Shown piece after piece: positions 1 through 10,373 of a stretch of DNA of 64,000 nucleotides. The notes under the pieces were generated by a model, which searched no databases, was not told the DNA's origin, and worked only from the letters and a program-made list of their open reading frames with translations. The stretch covers positions 1,056,001 to 1,120,000 of the forward strand of contig NZ_JAQNDL010000003.1 of assembly GCF_028368995.1 (NCBI RefSeq), given 5' to 3'. How positions within the stretch are numbered: position 1 is the stretch's first letter; each line of letters opens with the position of its first letter. The stretch is from Nannocystis bainbridge. Lineage in GTDB: Bacteria; Myxococcota_A; Polyangia; Nannocystales; Nannocystaceae. Both the position numbers and the translations under genes were made by a program.

Positions 1-2172
1 TCCGGGCCGCTGCCGTGGAGCCGCGCGCGGCCGGTGCTGATCCAGCTGGCAGAGGCCCTCGCCTGCGCGCACGAGCGCGGGGTGGTCCACCGCGACCTCA
101 AGCCCTCCAACGTGATGCTGGTCGGCAACCGCGAGGACGGCAGCGATCGCTGCATCCTCATCGACTTCGGCATGGCGCGCGGGCTCGTGCGCGCCGACGA
201 ATCGACCGAGCTGACGCGCACCGGAGTGGTGCTCGGCAGCCCGGCGTACATGAGCCCCGAGCAGTTCCGCGGCGAGGAGGCCGATCCGCGCTCCGACGTC
301 TACAGCCTCGGCTGCGCGGCCTACTTCGTGCTCGCGGGCCAGCGTCCGTTCGCCGGCACCACCCCGGCCGAGCTGATGTACCAACATTTGCTCGCCCCCT
401 TGCCGCGGCTGCACGCGCCCGGGCTGCCGGCGAGCACCGCCGCCGCGCTGCGCCGCTGGCTCGAGCGCGCCTGTCACAAGCGGCCCGCGCAGCGGTTTCA
501 GAGCATGGCGGCGATGCTGGCGGCGCTGCAGGCGATCGACGGCCGCTCGCGCTGGCGCGGCCTGCCGCAACTCGGCAGCGTCGCGCTCGCGCTGGGCCTC
601 GGTGTCGCGACCGTGGCCGCTGCGGGCGGCTTCGACGACCCGCCACGCGCCGAGCCCTCGCCGCCCGCGAGCGCGACGCAAGACGACGCCAGCCCCGCGA
701 TCCTCCCTGCCCCGCGCTGCGGCGATGGCCGTATCGACGGCGGCGAGCAGTGCGACGACGGCGACGCCACCCCGGCCGACGGCTGCGAGGTCGACTGCAC
801 GACCTCGGAGGTCGTCGACCTGCGCGCCGGGCCGCATTACACCTGCGTCCTGACGCGCGCCGGCCACGTGCGCTGCTGGGGCCGACAGGGCGCGCACCTG
901 GCCCAGCCGGACCACGTCGGTCACATCGGCGACGACGAGCTGCCCCACGCCGTGCCGCCGATCGACCTCGGCCCGCGGCGCGCGCGACAGCTCGAGCTCG
1001 AGTTCCTCGCTTCGCACGCCTGCGCGGTCCTCGACGACGACACCGCCCGCTGCTGGGGCAGCGACGACAGCGAGCAGCTCGGCCTCGGCCCCGGCGTGAC
1101 CCACTGGGGCGACGCCCGCGACGAGGTCCCGGCCCGCCTGCCCCCGCTCGCGCTGCCGCCGGTCCGCTCGATCGTCGCCAACGAGGCCAACACCTGCGCC
1201 CTGGCCGGCGCCCAACCAACGCGGCCCGGCGTGTTCTGCTGGGGCAGCAACAGCCACGGCCAGCTCGGCCGCGGCGACACCGAACCCCGCGCGACGCCCC
1301 CCGCCGAATCGATCGACCTCGGCGGCGCGGTGGCCACTCAGCTGTCGCTCGGGATCGCCAACGTGTGCGCGCGGCTCGAAGGCGGCGCGGTGCGCTGCTG
1401 GGGCGGCAATCGCAACCTGCACCTCGGGACAGGTTGGCCGGTGAACCGCTACGCCGGCGACGGCGTCGGCGACGGCGCCCGCGGCCGCACGCCGGACACG
1501 CCGGAGCTCGACGTCGAGGGCCTCGAGGGCTTCGAGGTGGCGGCGGTGCGCATGAACGGCGGCTGGGCGTGCGTGCTCGGGACCACCGGCGAGGTCCGCT
1601 GCTGGGGCGGCAACGACGACGGCGCGCTCGGCGAGCGCTTCGACCAGATCGCCGGCTGCGACGCGGGCAGCCACGGCGTCGGCTGCCTGGTGCCCCGCCC
1701 CGCCCGCGCGGTCGACCTCGGCGACCTCGGCGGGGCGCGGGTGGTCGACCTGCGAATGGGCCGCAAGCGAGCCTGCGTGCTCGACGACGCCGGCCGCGTG
1801 CGCTGCTGGGGCTGGGGCAAGCGCGGCAGCCTGGGCTACGGGCCGCGGCTGCAGCAGACCACCGGCCACTGGAGCATCGGCCACCACATGACGCCGGCGC
1901 AGGCGTACGCGGCGATGGGCAACGACGGGGTGGTCGACGTCGGCGACCTCGATCACGACGGGCAGATCGATCGGGTCACGCAGATCTCGCTCGGCTACTC
2001 GCACACGTGCGTGCGCACGATCGACGGCAGCGTGCGCTGCTGGGGCAGCAACTCGGAGGGCCAGCTCGGCTACGGCATGACCGAGGACATCGGCGACGAC
2101 GAGACGCCCGGCGAATACTACGCGGCCCACGGCTGCGGCGCGGTGCCAGTGTTCGCCGGCCGCGGCTGCTGA
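1..2172 (+). CDS. Ser/Thr protein kinase with TM segment, Cys-rich repeat and extracellular RCC1-like repeats (5' end outside the window)
   Basis: HRDLKPSN, DFG and GSPAYMSPE kinase motifs; hydrophobic segment; CGDGRIDGGEQCDDG repeat; repeated VRCWG..N..GQLG RCC1/BLIP-II-like units. The frame is open from base 1. Confidence 0.9.
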   Translation, partial: SGPLPWSRARPVLIQLAEALACAHERGVVHRDLKPSNVMLVGNREDGSDRCILIDFGMARGLVRADESTELTRTGVVLGSPAYMSPEQFRGEEADPRSDVYSLGCAAYFVLAGQRPFAGTTPAELMYQHLLAPLPRLHAPGLPASTAAALRRWLERACHKRPAQRFQSMAAMLAALQAIDGRSRWRGLPQLGSVALALGLGVATVAAAGGFDDPPRAEPSPPASATQDDASPAILPAPRCGDGRIDGGEQCDDGDATPADGCEVDCTTSEVVDLRAGPHYTCVLTRAGHVRCWGRQGAHLAQPDHVGHIGDDELPHAVPPIDLGPRRARQLELEFLASHACAVLDDDTARCWGSDDSEQLGLGPGVTHWGDARDEVPARLPPLALPPVRSIVANEANTCALAGAQPTRPGVFCWGSNSHGQLGRGDTEPRATPPAESIDLGGAVATQLSLGIANVCARLEGGAVRCWGGNRNLHLGTGWPVNRYAGDGVGDGARGRTPDTPELDVEGLEGFEVAAVRMNGGWACVLGTTGEVRCWGGNDDGALGERFDQIAGCDAGSHGVGCLVPRPARAVDLGDLGGARVVDLRMGRKRACVLDDAGRVRCWGWGKRGSLGYGPRLQQTTGHWSIGHHMTPAQAYAAMGNDGVVDVGDLDHDGQIDRVTQISLGYSHTCVRTIDGSVRCWGSNSEGQLGYGMTEDIGDDETPGEYYAAHGCGAVPVFAGRGC

Positions 2173-2210
2173 ACAAATACTCGCGGCGAAGTCACCGCTC
2201 GGTCGCGCCG

Positions 2211-2855
2211 TCAGCCGCTGCCGCGCGCGGCGCTCTCGATGCGGTCGCGGATCTCCCGCATGCACGCGTCGAGGCCCGTCAGCGTCGAGTCGATCAGCTG
2301 CGCCGACTCGGCCGCGCGCTGGACCGCCGCCGTCAGTCGCTGGCGCGCGCGGTTGATCCGGCTCGACATCGTGTCGCGGCCGACCTCGTAGACCTCGGCC
2401 AGCTCGCGCGACGTCATGCCCTCGTACTCCTTGAGCTCGAGCACGATCTGGTCGTCGAGCGGCAGCGAGCGCAGGGCCCGGACCAGCAGCGCCTCGCGCT
2501 GGCGGCCCATGAACAGCGAGGTGATCGAGCGCTCGACGTCCGGCAGCTCGACCGAGTGCTCGAGCGGCTCGAAGCGCTCGGCGTGCAGCCGCCGCGACCG
2601 CAGGTGGTGGACCAGCTTCCAGCGGGCGATGCCGAACAGGTAGGTCAGCACGCTCGCCTCGCCGCGGAACACCACCTTCTTGGCGCACAGCGTCTCGAAC
2701 GTCGACTGCGTCAGGTCGCGGCCGAGCTCGGGCCCGACCTTGCCGTAAAAGAACAGCAAGATCCGCCGATAGTGCCGCGTCACCAGCTGCTTGCCGGCCA
2801 CCGCGTCGCCGTCGATCCACGCCAGCAGCAGCGCCTCGTCGGTCCGCTCCGTCAT
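2211..2855 (-). CDS. ECF RNA polymerase sigma-70 factor
   Basis: Region 2-like DLTQSTF...YLFGIARWKL and region 4 HTH LPLDDQIVLELKEYEGMTSRELAEVY...SRINRARQRL. Confidence 0.9.
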   Translation of the reverse strand: MTERTDEALLLAWIDGDAVAGKQLVTRHYRRILLFFYGKVGPELGRDLTQSTFETLCAKKVVFRGEASVLTYLFGIARWKLVHHLRSRRLHAERFEPLEHSVELPDVERSITSLFMGRQREALLVRALRSLPLDDQIVLELKEYEGMTSRELAEVYEVGRDTMSSRINRARQRLTAAVQRAAESAQLIDSTLTGLDACMREIRDRIESAARGSG

Positions 2856-3626
2856 CGCTGCGGGCCTCCTGCCAAGGGATTGGCGGCGAATCGGCGGTCA
2901 CAGGGATACGAAAAGGTGCACGCGTCGGCCAAGGTCGGCGGCAACGTAGCAAAAAATGAGGCGACCCGCGCCGGAAATCCCGAAGGCCGGCGCCCACCCA
3001 GGCGCGCTCGCGCCTGCACGCCCGCCCAGGCGCGCCCGATCGCCCGCGCGGTCCAGCGAATCAAAGGGAATCTGGGTCGATTCACTGGACCATAATGGTG
3101 ACACTATTCATGTCGAGCGAATCATTCCACCGCAATAGGCATTGCTCGATTGAACAAGCAGGCCGGAGCCGCAAGGTGCAGCCGATGCTCACCAATCCGC
3201 ACACGCACGACAATGAGTCTCCGATCCCGCTCGTGTTGGCGAGCTTGAGTGCAAGCGCGGCGAAGCAAAGGCCAAAAACACAAGCATGGTCACGAGCCGA
3301 GGTCGCGGCTCGAGCGGTGCAGAAATGCGCTCTCCTCGCCCCTGGCACCTGGGACCCAGTGACTTCGTGACAGCCGTCTCGCTGGCCCGTGCGGGCGCCC
3401 CGGCGACGCGTGCTCGGGCGACGACACGACGTCGAGCGAAAGGCCGCCCACGGTGCGCGCGGCCGTCATCGATCGCTCGGTCCCGCCGCGACGCCGTCGC
3501 CACCAACATCAGGCGGACCGGCGAAGCGCCAGGGCGGGCCCGCCTCGCGCGTGGTGCACGCCTGACCTCGATGTCGCCCGGCTGCTCACGGTCCGCGGCC
3601 ACGAATCGGCTATCGTCCCGGCCGAC

Positions 3627-4217
3627 GTGCCACGTTCACTCCGCCTCGGCCTCTCGCTCGCCCTGCTGCTCGCCCCTGCCTGCAGCCCGGCACCCGCGAC
3701 ACCCGTCCCACCCGCGAGCGACGCTCTCCGCGAATTCACCGCGACCGTCCAGCTCGCGAACGACCCCCACGGCAAGCAGTTCCACGGCGTCCTGCTCCAG
3801 CCCGACGACGGCGAGGCATGGGTCGTCTCCTACCAGCCCGAGCCCTGGCTCGCCGCGTTCGCCGACCAGCGCGTGCGCGTCACCGGCGAGCCCTACACCC
3901 CCGAGGGCCAGGCCCTCCTGCGCCCGCACCTGCGCGTGCACACCCTCGCGCTCGTCGATCCCTCCCGGGCCCTCACCGCTCCCTTCGTGATCTCCGTCGG
4001 CCCCGAGAAGTCCCTGCGCGGCACCTTCACCGACGAGCCCGGCGACGAACCCCACCGCGTGTTCACCGTCGAGGGTGGCGCGACGTACCAGCTCGCCAAT
4101 GCCCCCGACGACGCTCGCCCCGGTCAGCCGCAGCAGATCGTCGCCCGCGAGGTCGAGCTGGCGCCGCAAGGCGCCCGTCATGACGGCCCGACGCTGTGGG
4201 TCCTGGCGATCCAGTGA
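3627..4217 (+). CDS. Hypothetical lipoprotein
   Basis: GTG start followed by a hydrophobic signal ending LLAPAC; GC3-rich frame. Start is inferred. Confidence 0.65.
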   Translation: MPRSLRLGLSLALLLAPACSPAPATPVPPASDALREFTATVQLANDPHGKQFHGVLLQPDDGEAWVVSYQPEPWLAAFADQRVRVTGEPYTPEGQALLRPHLRVHTLALVDPSRALTAPFVISVGPEKSLRGTFTDEPGDEPHRVFTVEGGATYQLANAPDDARPGQPQQIVAREVELAPQGARHDGPTLWVLAIQ

Positions 4218-4286
4218 CTCACGACTCCGTCGTGACCTTCGTGGAGCGACTCGAGCGGGACCGCGTCGACCTTCTCTGCGCATTCT

Positions 4287-4329
4287 AAAAAAACGAAAGG
4301 CCGGACCTCGAGCCGGTCCGGCCGCTTCG
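4287..4329 (-). terminator. Rho-independent terminator for the 4349..5479 gene
   Basis: GGCCGGACC / GGTCCGGCC inverted repeat with a 7-A run just to its left on + (U-tract on the minus transcript), 20 bp after the stop. Confidence 0.65.
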
Positions 4330-4348
4330 GCAGGCGTCCTGCCTCCTG

Positions 4349-5479
4349 CTACGATTGAGGGTCGCCGCTGCCGTTGTAGATCATGTGCGAGATGGTATAA
4401 AACGCCGCGTCGCCGAACTGCGACAGGTTGCCGCTGCACTCCGGCAGGCTGCTCCAGCCCGCCAGGTTGGCGACGGGCGGGTCGTAGACCGCGTTGCGGT
4501 GCTCGCCGCCCGGGCGCAGCGGGTGGCTGGTGAACTTGCAGCGCGCGCCGCGGCTCACGTTGCCGGTGTCCTTGTACACGGACTCGAGGATCCACTCGTA
4601 CTGGCCGAGGACCGGCGGCGGCAGCGGGATCGGGCCCACGGTGTCGAACAGCGGCGGGCTGTTGGCGGTGTCGACCACGCCGACCTTGGCCCCCAGGTAG
4701 GTCCGCGTCGCGCCGGCGAAGATCGCCTGCCAGCCCTGGACCAGCGAGCTGTAACGGGCGTGGCCGTAGCTGCGCGCGTGGCCCGAGCGCGGGACCACGT
4801 TGAGCTCGGTGACGCCCTTCGCCAGCGCGTGGCCGTCGCAGGCGATCACGAACTCGGTGCTGTCGGAGACGACCGAGCCGATGGAGCCGTTGGCGTTGGC
4901 ATGGGTGTGTGACAACAGCACCGCGTTGTTGATGCCGCCAGGGGTGATCGGGCACACGCTGTACCAGGTCTCGCCGTGGGCGACGTGGGCCGGGTGGCCG
5001 GGGCCGGGGTCGATGTTGGTGCGGATGTCGTAGCGCGTGACGTTGAAGCTCGGGGCCTCGTCGCCTGCGGAGGAGCTCCCGGTCGCGAACCAGATCTTGC
5101 CGTTCGTGGTGGCCGCGCCGTCGTTGATCTCGAGGTCGAAGCGGGCGCCGACGATCGGGACCGTCGCGCCGGTCGAGGTCGCGACGGTGGCCACGCCGTC
5201 GACGCTGACGTTGATCGAGCTGATCGTGGCGCCGCCGATCGTCCCGGTGTGCCACTGCATGCTGTACGCGCCGTCAGGGCTGTCCGCCTCGACGTCGTGG
5301 CGGTACGACTGGTTGGTGATGTCGTAGACGCCGAGGTACGGCGAGTTGAGGCACGGCGTGCCGCAGCGGAAGGCGACCGGCTCGTCAGCCTCGAGCTCGG
5401 AGAGGCCCGGCTCCTCGTCGCACGCGGCGGCGATCAGGGTGGTCAATACGAGCGACGACAGAAAAACCGAGGTACGCAT
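4349..5479 (-). CDS. Secreted lipoprotein with a divergent ADYC-like domain
   Basis: Lipobox IAAAC; VIACDGHALAKG...RTYLGAKVGVVD resembles the myxobacterial ADYC domain, but the ADYC tetrapeptide is not conserved. Confidence 0.6.
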   Translation of the reverse strand: MRTSVFLSSLVLTTLIAAACDEEPGLSELEADEPVAFRCGTPCLNSPYLGVYDITNQSYRHDVEADSPDGAYSMQWHTGTIGGATISSINVSVDGVATVATSTGATVPIVGARFDLEINDGAATTNGKIWFATGSSSAGDEAPSFNVTRYDIRTNIDPGPGHPAHVAHGETWYSVCPITPGGINNAVLLSHTHANANGSIGSVVSDSTEFVIACDGHALAKGVTELNVVPRSGHARSYGHARYSSLVQGWQAIFAGATRTYLGAKVGVVDTANSPPLFDTVGPIPLPPPVLGQYEWILESVYKDTGNVSRGARCKFTSHPLRPGGEHRNAVYDPPVANLAGWSSLPECSGNLSQFGDAAFYTISHMIYNGSGDPQS

Positions 5480-5723
5480 GGCAGTGTCTCAATCCAGGTC
5501 CGAGCAATGGGTCAGGCGGCCGGGTTCGCGCCGCGAGCGCGGCCCCTTGCCCGAACAGTGCCGCGAGCGGCCCGGTCAATTGCGGCCGCGCGAAGAATCC
5601 GGACGGACGCCGATCGGAAATCCAGCCGCGACGCCGGACAAAAAGCCCTCCGCGACCGCGGGCGATCCACGCTTGTGTGCCTGCGCCAGTTGCCGCCATC
5701 ATGGGCGGCCTCGCGGCAGCTTC

Positions 5724-8700
5724 ATGGTGCGTGACGACGACAGCCCGGGCTCGCGCGTCTCGGTCGGCTCGGACACCATGGTCGCCGATACGCTCGAGCA
5801 TTCGGCGTCCGCGGCGAGCACGCCGTCGCCCACCCTCGCGGAGCTCGACGACCGCTCCGGGACCGTCGGCCTGGCCTCGCCGCCGCCCGGCCTCGGCGAT
5901 CCGCTCGGCAAGGATCTGATGCGCCGGGCGCTGTTCCCCCGCCGCGCGCAGCCGGTCCGGATCGGCCGCTACACGGTGCTCAAGCTGCTCGGCGAGGGCG
6001 GTATGGGCGTGGTGTACGCCTGCTTCGACGATCAGCTCGACCGCAAGATCGCCGTCAAGATCTTGCACCTCGCGCGCGTCCGCGACCCCGAGCTGTCGCG
6101 CGTCCGCCTGCTGCGCGAGGCGCAGGCGATGGCCCGCCTGTCACACCCCAACATCATCACCGCGTTCGAGGTCGGGCAGGCCGGCGAGCAGGTCTACGTC
6201 GCCATGGAGTTCATCCGCGGCGCCACCCTCGACGCCTGGACCGCGCAACCTCGCAGCTGGCGCGAGGTCGTCGCCGCGTTCGTGCAGGCGGGGCGCGGGC
6301 TCGAGGCGGCGCACCGGGCCGGGCTGGTGCATCGCGACTTCAAGCCGCAGAACGTGATGATCGACGAGGACGGGCGGGTCAAGGTGCTCGACTTCGGCCT
6401 CGCGCGCGGCCAGGACAGCGCCGAAGACGAAGCGGAGCCGCTGCCGCCGAGCCCCGGGGCGCTGCTGCAGCGGCCGCTCACGCGCACGGGCGTGATGCTC
6501 GGGACGCCGGCGTACATGCCCCCCGAGCAGCGCGCCGGCCTGCCGGCGACTGCGGCGAGCGATCAGTTCAGCTTCTGCGTCGCGCTCTATCAGTGCCTCT
6601 ACGGCGGGCTGCCGTTCGCGACCGACAACTTCGGCGTGCGCATCGAGGACGTGCTGGACGGCCGCGTGATCCCGCCGCCGCCGCGCAGCCCGGTGCCGGC
6701 GCGGGTGTTCAAGGCGCTGCGGCGCGGGCTGACGGCCGCGCCGGCCGGGCGGTTCGGTTCGATGACCGAGCTGCTGGCGGCGCTGCAGCGCGACCCGGCG
6801 GCGCTCTACCGCCGCGTCGGCGCGCTGCTGGGCACGGCCGCGGTCGCCGGCGCGGTCGGCATCTACTTCGCCGGCGGCTCGGCGCTCGCGCCCTGCCCCG
6901 ACGCGCGCGCCGAGCTGGCGGGGATCTGGGACGAGGACCGCGCCCAGGCGGTGCGCGACGCGATCGCGGCGACCGGCTCGCCGCGCGCCGGGGAGGTGCT
7001 CGGGCTCGTCGAGCCGGAGCTGGAGCGCTACGCCGACGCGTGGTCGCGCATGCGCAACGACGCCTGCATCGACCACGCGCTCGGTCGCCAGTCGGCTCAC
7101 ATGTTCGACCTGCGGACCTCGTGCCTCGACCAGCGCCGCGCCGGCCTCGCGGCCACCGTCGAAGCGCTCGCCACGGCCGAGGCCAGCCGCCTCGCCGAGC
7201 TGCGAGCCGCCGTCGGTCACCTGCCGCCGCTCGACGCCTGCGCCGACATCACCGTCCTGACCGCCGCGATCGCCCCGCCCGCGGATCCGCTGCTGCGCGT
7301 GCGGGTCCAGCGGCACCGCGAGGCGCTGGCGCGGGCGCAGGTCTACGAGCACACCGGGCAGCAGGACCGCGGGCTGCAGATCGTCGGCGACGTGCTGGCC
7401 GACGTCGAGGCGGCCGGCTTCGAACCACTGCTGGCCGAGGCCCACCTGCGCCGCGGCAGCCTCGAGATGCAGGGCGGCGACTCGGCCGCGGCCGAGCGCT
7501 CGTTCGACGCCGCGCTGTGGGCCGCGTTGGCCACCGGCCACGGACCGGTCGCGGCCCAGACGAGCTCGCGCCGCGGCTTCTTGCGGGCCGTCCGGCTCGA
7601 GCGACCGGCCCAGGCGCTGGCCGACCTGCCGCTCATCACCGCGCTCAACCGCCGCGTGCAGCACGACGTCGAGCTCTACAGCGAGTACCTCAATTACGCC
7701 GGCACGATCCACGCGACCGCGGGCGACTGGGCCGAGGCGCTGCGGCTGTCCGAGCAGGCCGTCGCGCTGCGCGAGCGACACGGGCGCCTGGCCACGCCGC
7801 AGGGCATCGGCATGCTCTTCAACGTCGGCCTGATGCACCGCGAGGAGGGCCGCTACGAGCAGGCGCAGCCGATCCTCGCGCGGGCGATCGCCCTCTCGGA
7901 CGAGATCCTCGGGCGCCAGCAAGCGGAGCGCACGTTGTTCGAGGTGGTGCTCGCGCTCAACCTGCAGAGCCTGGGCCGACCCCGCGCCGCGCTCGAGGTC
8001 CTGCGGCCGCTGCTGCGCAACCTGGGGGTCGTCGCCAGCAAGGAGTATCGCAAGCTGGCCCTCGCGGTCGCCGGGATGATCGCGCTCGCCGACGGCGACG
8101 CGGCGGCGGCCCGGCGCGACCTCGAGGCGGCGCGCCAGACCAGCCCGGAGCACTTCAACTTCCTCTACTGGCTCGAGCTGATGCGCGCGGCCGCGGCGAC
8201 CGGCGATCCAGCCGCGATGCAGTCTGCCAGCGACGCGGCGCTGGCCCTGGTGACGCGGCCGCTCGACCTCCACGATTTCAACTATCAGGACTTCCTGCTG
8301 GCCCACGGCCGCGCGCTCGGCTCGCTCGGTCGCGCCGGCGCGGCCGTGCAAGCGCTCGAGCGGGTGAAGGAGGCCCTCGCCGAGGCGACAGCCCCCCGCG
8401 ACCTTCGTCGTCGCGCCGCGGTCGCGCTCGAGCTCGGCAAGCTGCGCGCGCGCCTCGACGCGCCGGCGGACGCCGAGCGCGAGCTGCTGGCCGCGCGCGA
8501 GGATCTCGATCGAGTGCTGCCGCCCCGCAACCTCGAGCACGCCGAGGTCCGCCTCGCGCTCGGCGAGCTGGCGCTGCAGCAGCGCCAGTTCGCGGCGGCC
8601 CTCACGTGGCTGAAGCAGGCGGAGTCGATCTACGAGGCCGTCGCCGAGCCCGACTACACGCCGCTCGCCCAGGCCCGCTTCGCGTCGGCGCGGGCGCTGA

Positions 8701-8831
8701 CCGGCGACGCCGCGGCCGCTCCGACCGCCGCACGCGAGGCGGCCCGGCGCGCCCTCGCGGCCCTGCGCGCCCGCTCGCGCGACGCGGCGGCCGAGGCCGT
8801 CACGGCCTGGCTGGCCGAGCACGGCGAGTGA
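5724..8831 (+). CDS. Membrane Ser/Thr kinase with C-terminal TPR repeats
   Basis: LGEGGMGVVY, AVK, HRDFKPQN, DFG, GTPAYMPPE; TM segment; long Ala/Leu-rich helical TPR region. ATG at 5724 chosen. Confidence 0.92.
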   Translation: MVRDDDSPGSRVSVGSDTMVADTLEHSASAASTPSPTLAELDDRSGTVGLASPPPGLGDPLGKDLMRRALFPRRAQPVRIGRYTVLKLLGEGGMGVVYACFDDQLDRKIAVKILHLARVRDPELSRVRLLREAQAMARLSHPNIITAFEVGQAGEQVYVAMEFIRGATLDAWTAQPRSWREVVAAFVQAGRGLEAAHRAGLVHRDFKPQNVMIDEDGRVKVLDFGLARGQDSAEDEAEPLPPSPGALLQRPLTRTGVMLGTPAYMPPEQRAGLPATAASDQFSFCVALYQCLYGGLPFATDNFGVRIEDVLDGRVIPPPPRSPVPARVFKALRRGLTAAPAGRFGSMTELLAALQRDPAALYRRVGALLGTAAVAGAVGIYFAGGSALAPCPDARAELAGIWDEDRAQAVRDAIAATGSPRAGEVLGLVEPELERYADAWSRMRNDACIDHALGRQSAHMFDLRTSCLDQRRAGLAATVEALATAEASRLAELRAAVGHLPPLDACADITVLTAAIAPPADPLLRVRVQRHREALARAQVYEHTGQQDRGLQIVGDVLADVEAAGFEPLLAEAHLRRGSLEMQGGDSAAAERSFDAALWAALATGHGPVAAQTSSRRGFLRAVRLERPAQALADLPLITALNRRVQHDVELYSEYLNYAGTIHATAGDWAEALRLSEQAVALRERHGRLATPQGIGMLFNVGLMHREEGRYEQAQPILARAIALSDEILGRQQAERTLFEVVLALNLQSLGRPRAALEVLRPLLRNLGVVASKEYRKLALAVAGMIALADGDAAAARRDLEAARQTSPEHFNFLYWLELMRAAAATGDPAAMQSASDAALALVTRPLDLHDFNYQDFLLAHGRALGSLGRAGAAVQALERVKEALAEATAPRDLRRRAAVALELGKLRARLDAPADAERELLAAREDLDRVLPPRNLEHAEVRLALGELALQQRQFAAALTWLKQAESIYEAVAEPDYTPLAQARFASARALTGDAAAAPTAAREAARRALAALRARSRDAAAEAVTAWLAEHGE

Positions 8832-8941
8832 ACGCACCGCCCCACGCGCGCAGCGGAGTCATCCATGCTCGACCCGCGAACCTCGTCGCGTCGTCACCTC
8901 GCTCGCCTTGACTCTCCACCCGAGCAAGTCACGGTTCGGAC

Positions 8942-9220
8942 ATGGACCCGCACAAGCGAACCAAACCCTCGCACGACGACACCGATCGTGACCGTGGCGG
9001 ACCGAACACCGGCCTGAACCAGGTCAACCCCAGCGACACCCCTCGTACCCGCGAGGACGGCCAAAAGGGCCACCAGGGCGGTGAGCCGCACGACGTCCGG
9101 CCGAGTCAGCTGCAGCCGAACCGCGACCGCCAGAACGACGGACACCGCGACCTCGGCTTCGACGCCTTCGATCCGCGTGAGATCCGCCGGCGCGGTACGG
9201 ATACGCAGGGCAAGCCGTGA
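8942..9220 (+). CDS. Small hydrophilic hypothetical protein
   Basis: 92 aa ATG ORF with GC3-rich codons; disordered D/R/G/Q-rich composition. Confidence 0.6.
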   Translation: MDPHKRTKPSHDDTDRDRGGPNTGLNQVNPSDTPRTREDGQKGHQGGEPHDVRPSQLQPNRDRQNDGHRDLGFDAFDPREIRRRGTDTQGKP

Positions 9221-9332
9221 GCGGCCCCCTCGCCGCGACCCCGCGTCCGTGACGGACGCGCGAGCCCTGGCCCGCGCGTCCGTCACGTCGCCGATCGCCG
9301 ACGACCGCCGCCGCCTCGCGCATGAACCGGGC

Positions 9333-10373
9333 ATGCGCGCTCGCATCGGCGTCCTCCTGGGCCTCCTGCTCTGCGGCTGTGCCGAGAGCCTCACCCGTCG
9401 CATGGTCCCTGCCGCGCTCGACGAGGGCGTCGGCTTCTTCGAGGACCCCGAGTCGCAGCGCCGCATCGAGCGCCTGATGCTCGACCCGCAGGTGCAGCAC
9501 GCCGCGCGCGAGCTCAGCAAGTCGATGGTCGGCGGCGTCGTCGACGCGGTGACCGACGACGCCCGCCAGGCCGAGCTGCGCGAGGCCTCGACGAAATACA
9601 TCGAGGCCGTCGCCGGCGCCGCCGCTCGCAGCCTGCGCAGCGACCTCGGCCCGGCCGCGGCCGAGGCCGCCCGCCACGCTGTCGCCCAGGTACTGGCCGC
9701 CGGCCTGTCCCCGGAGACACGTCAGGACATGCGCGCCCTGGCCCAGTCGTTGACGCAGGCGACCGTCGACGGCCTGATGGAGTCGGCCGGCCGCGGCCTG
9801 CGCCACCAGCTCGGCCCGGCCGTGCGCGCGGTGATCGAGGACGATCTCGGCCCGAGCCTGCGCACGATGATCGCCCGCGACGTCGCGCCGAGCCTGCGCC
9901 AGGCGCTGGCGACCGAGCTGACCCCGGCGCTGGCTCTGGCCGCGCGCGAGGTGACGCACCAGATCGTGATCGGCGGCCACGACGGCCTCGAGGAGCTGCG
10001 CTTCCGCGAGCGCGCCGGGCAGTTCCAGGTCGATTTCTGGAGCCGCCTCGACGGGCTGCTCCACAAGGGCATGCAGCTCAGCGCGCTCGTGGCGTGGGGG
10101 CTCGGCGCGGTGGTCCTGGTGCTGGCGATCCTGTTCGGTCGCGCGATCGTCCTGCGCCGCCGCCTCGACGAGGAGCGCCTCCGCAGCGAACGCATGCTGC
10201 TCGGGGTGATGCACGGCCTGCAGCAGGGCAGCGACAAGCCCGACATCGAGGCCTTCCTCGCCCACCTGCGCGAGCGCGACCCCGACCTCGCCGACGAGAC
10301 CTTCATGGAGAGCCTGGCCCGCCGCGTGTCCCAGCCCGGCGGCCGCCCCGGCCGACCCCGCCGCCGGCTCTGA
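9333..10373 (+). CDS. Hypothetical lipoprotein with helical repeats and a C-terminal TM helix
   Basis: MRARIGVLLGLLLCGC lipobox; repeated LGPA/LGPS helical units; TM segment ALVAWGLGAVVLVLAILFG. Confidence 0.75.
   Translation: MRARIGVLLGLLLCGCAESLTRRMVPAALDEGVGFFEDPESQRRIERLMLDPQVQHAARELSKSMVGGVVDAVTDDARQAELREASTKYIEAVAGAAARSLRSDLGPAAAEAARHAVAQVLAAGLSPETRQDMRALAQSLTQATVDGLMESAGRGLRHQLGPAVRAVIEDDLGPSLRTMIARDVAPSLRQALATELTPALALAAREVTHQIVIGGHDGLEELRFRERAGQFQVDFWSRLDGLLHKGMQLSALVAWGLGAVVLVLAILFGRAIVLRRRLDEERLRSERMLLGVMHGLQQGSDKPDIEAFLAHLRERDPDLADETFMESLARRVSQPGGRPGRPRRRL

Noticed and set aside
2856-3450. Short ORFs in the AT-richer stretch upstream of the sigma gene
   Set aside because: No GC3 bias or motifs; more likely a regulatory region.
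5547-5563. Possible sigma-54 promoter (CGGCAC-N5-GGGCA, minus strand) for the 4349..5479 gene
   Set aside because: GG-N10-GC spacing is right, but the -12 element departs from TTGC, and such matches are common in GC-rich DNA.
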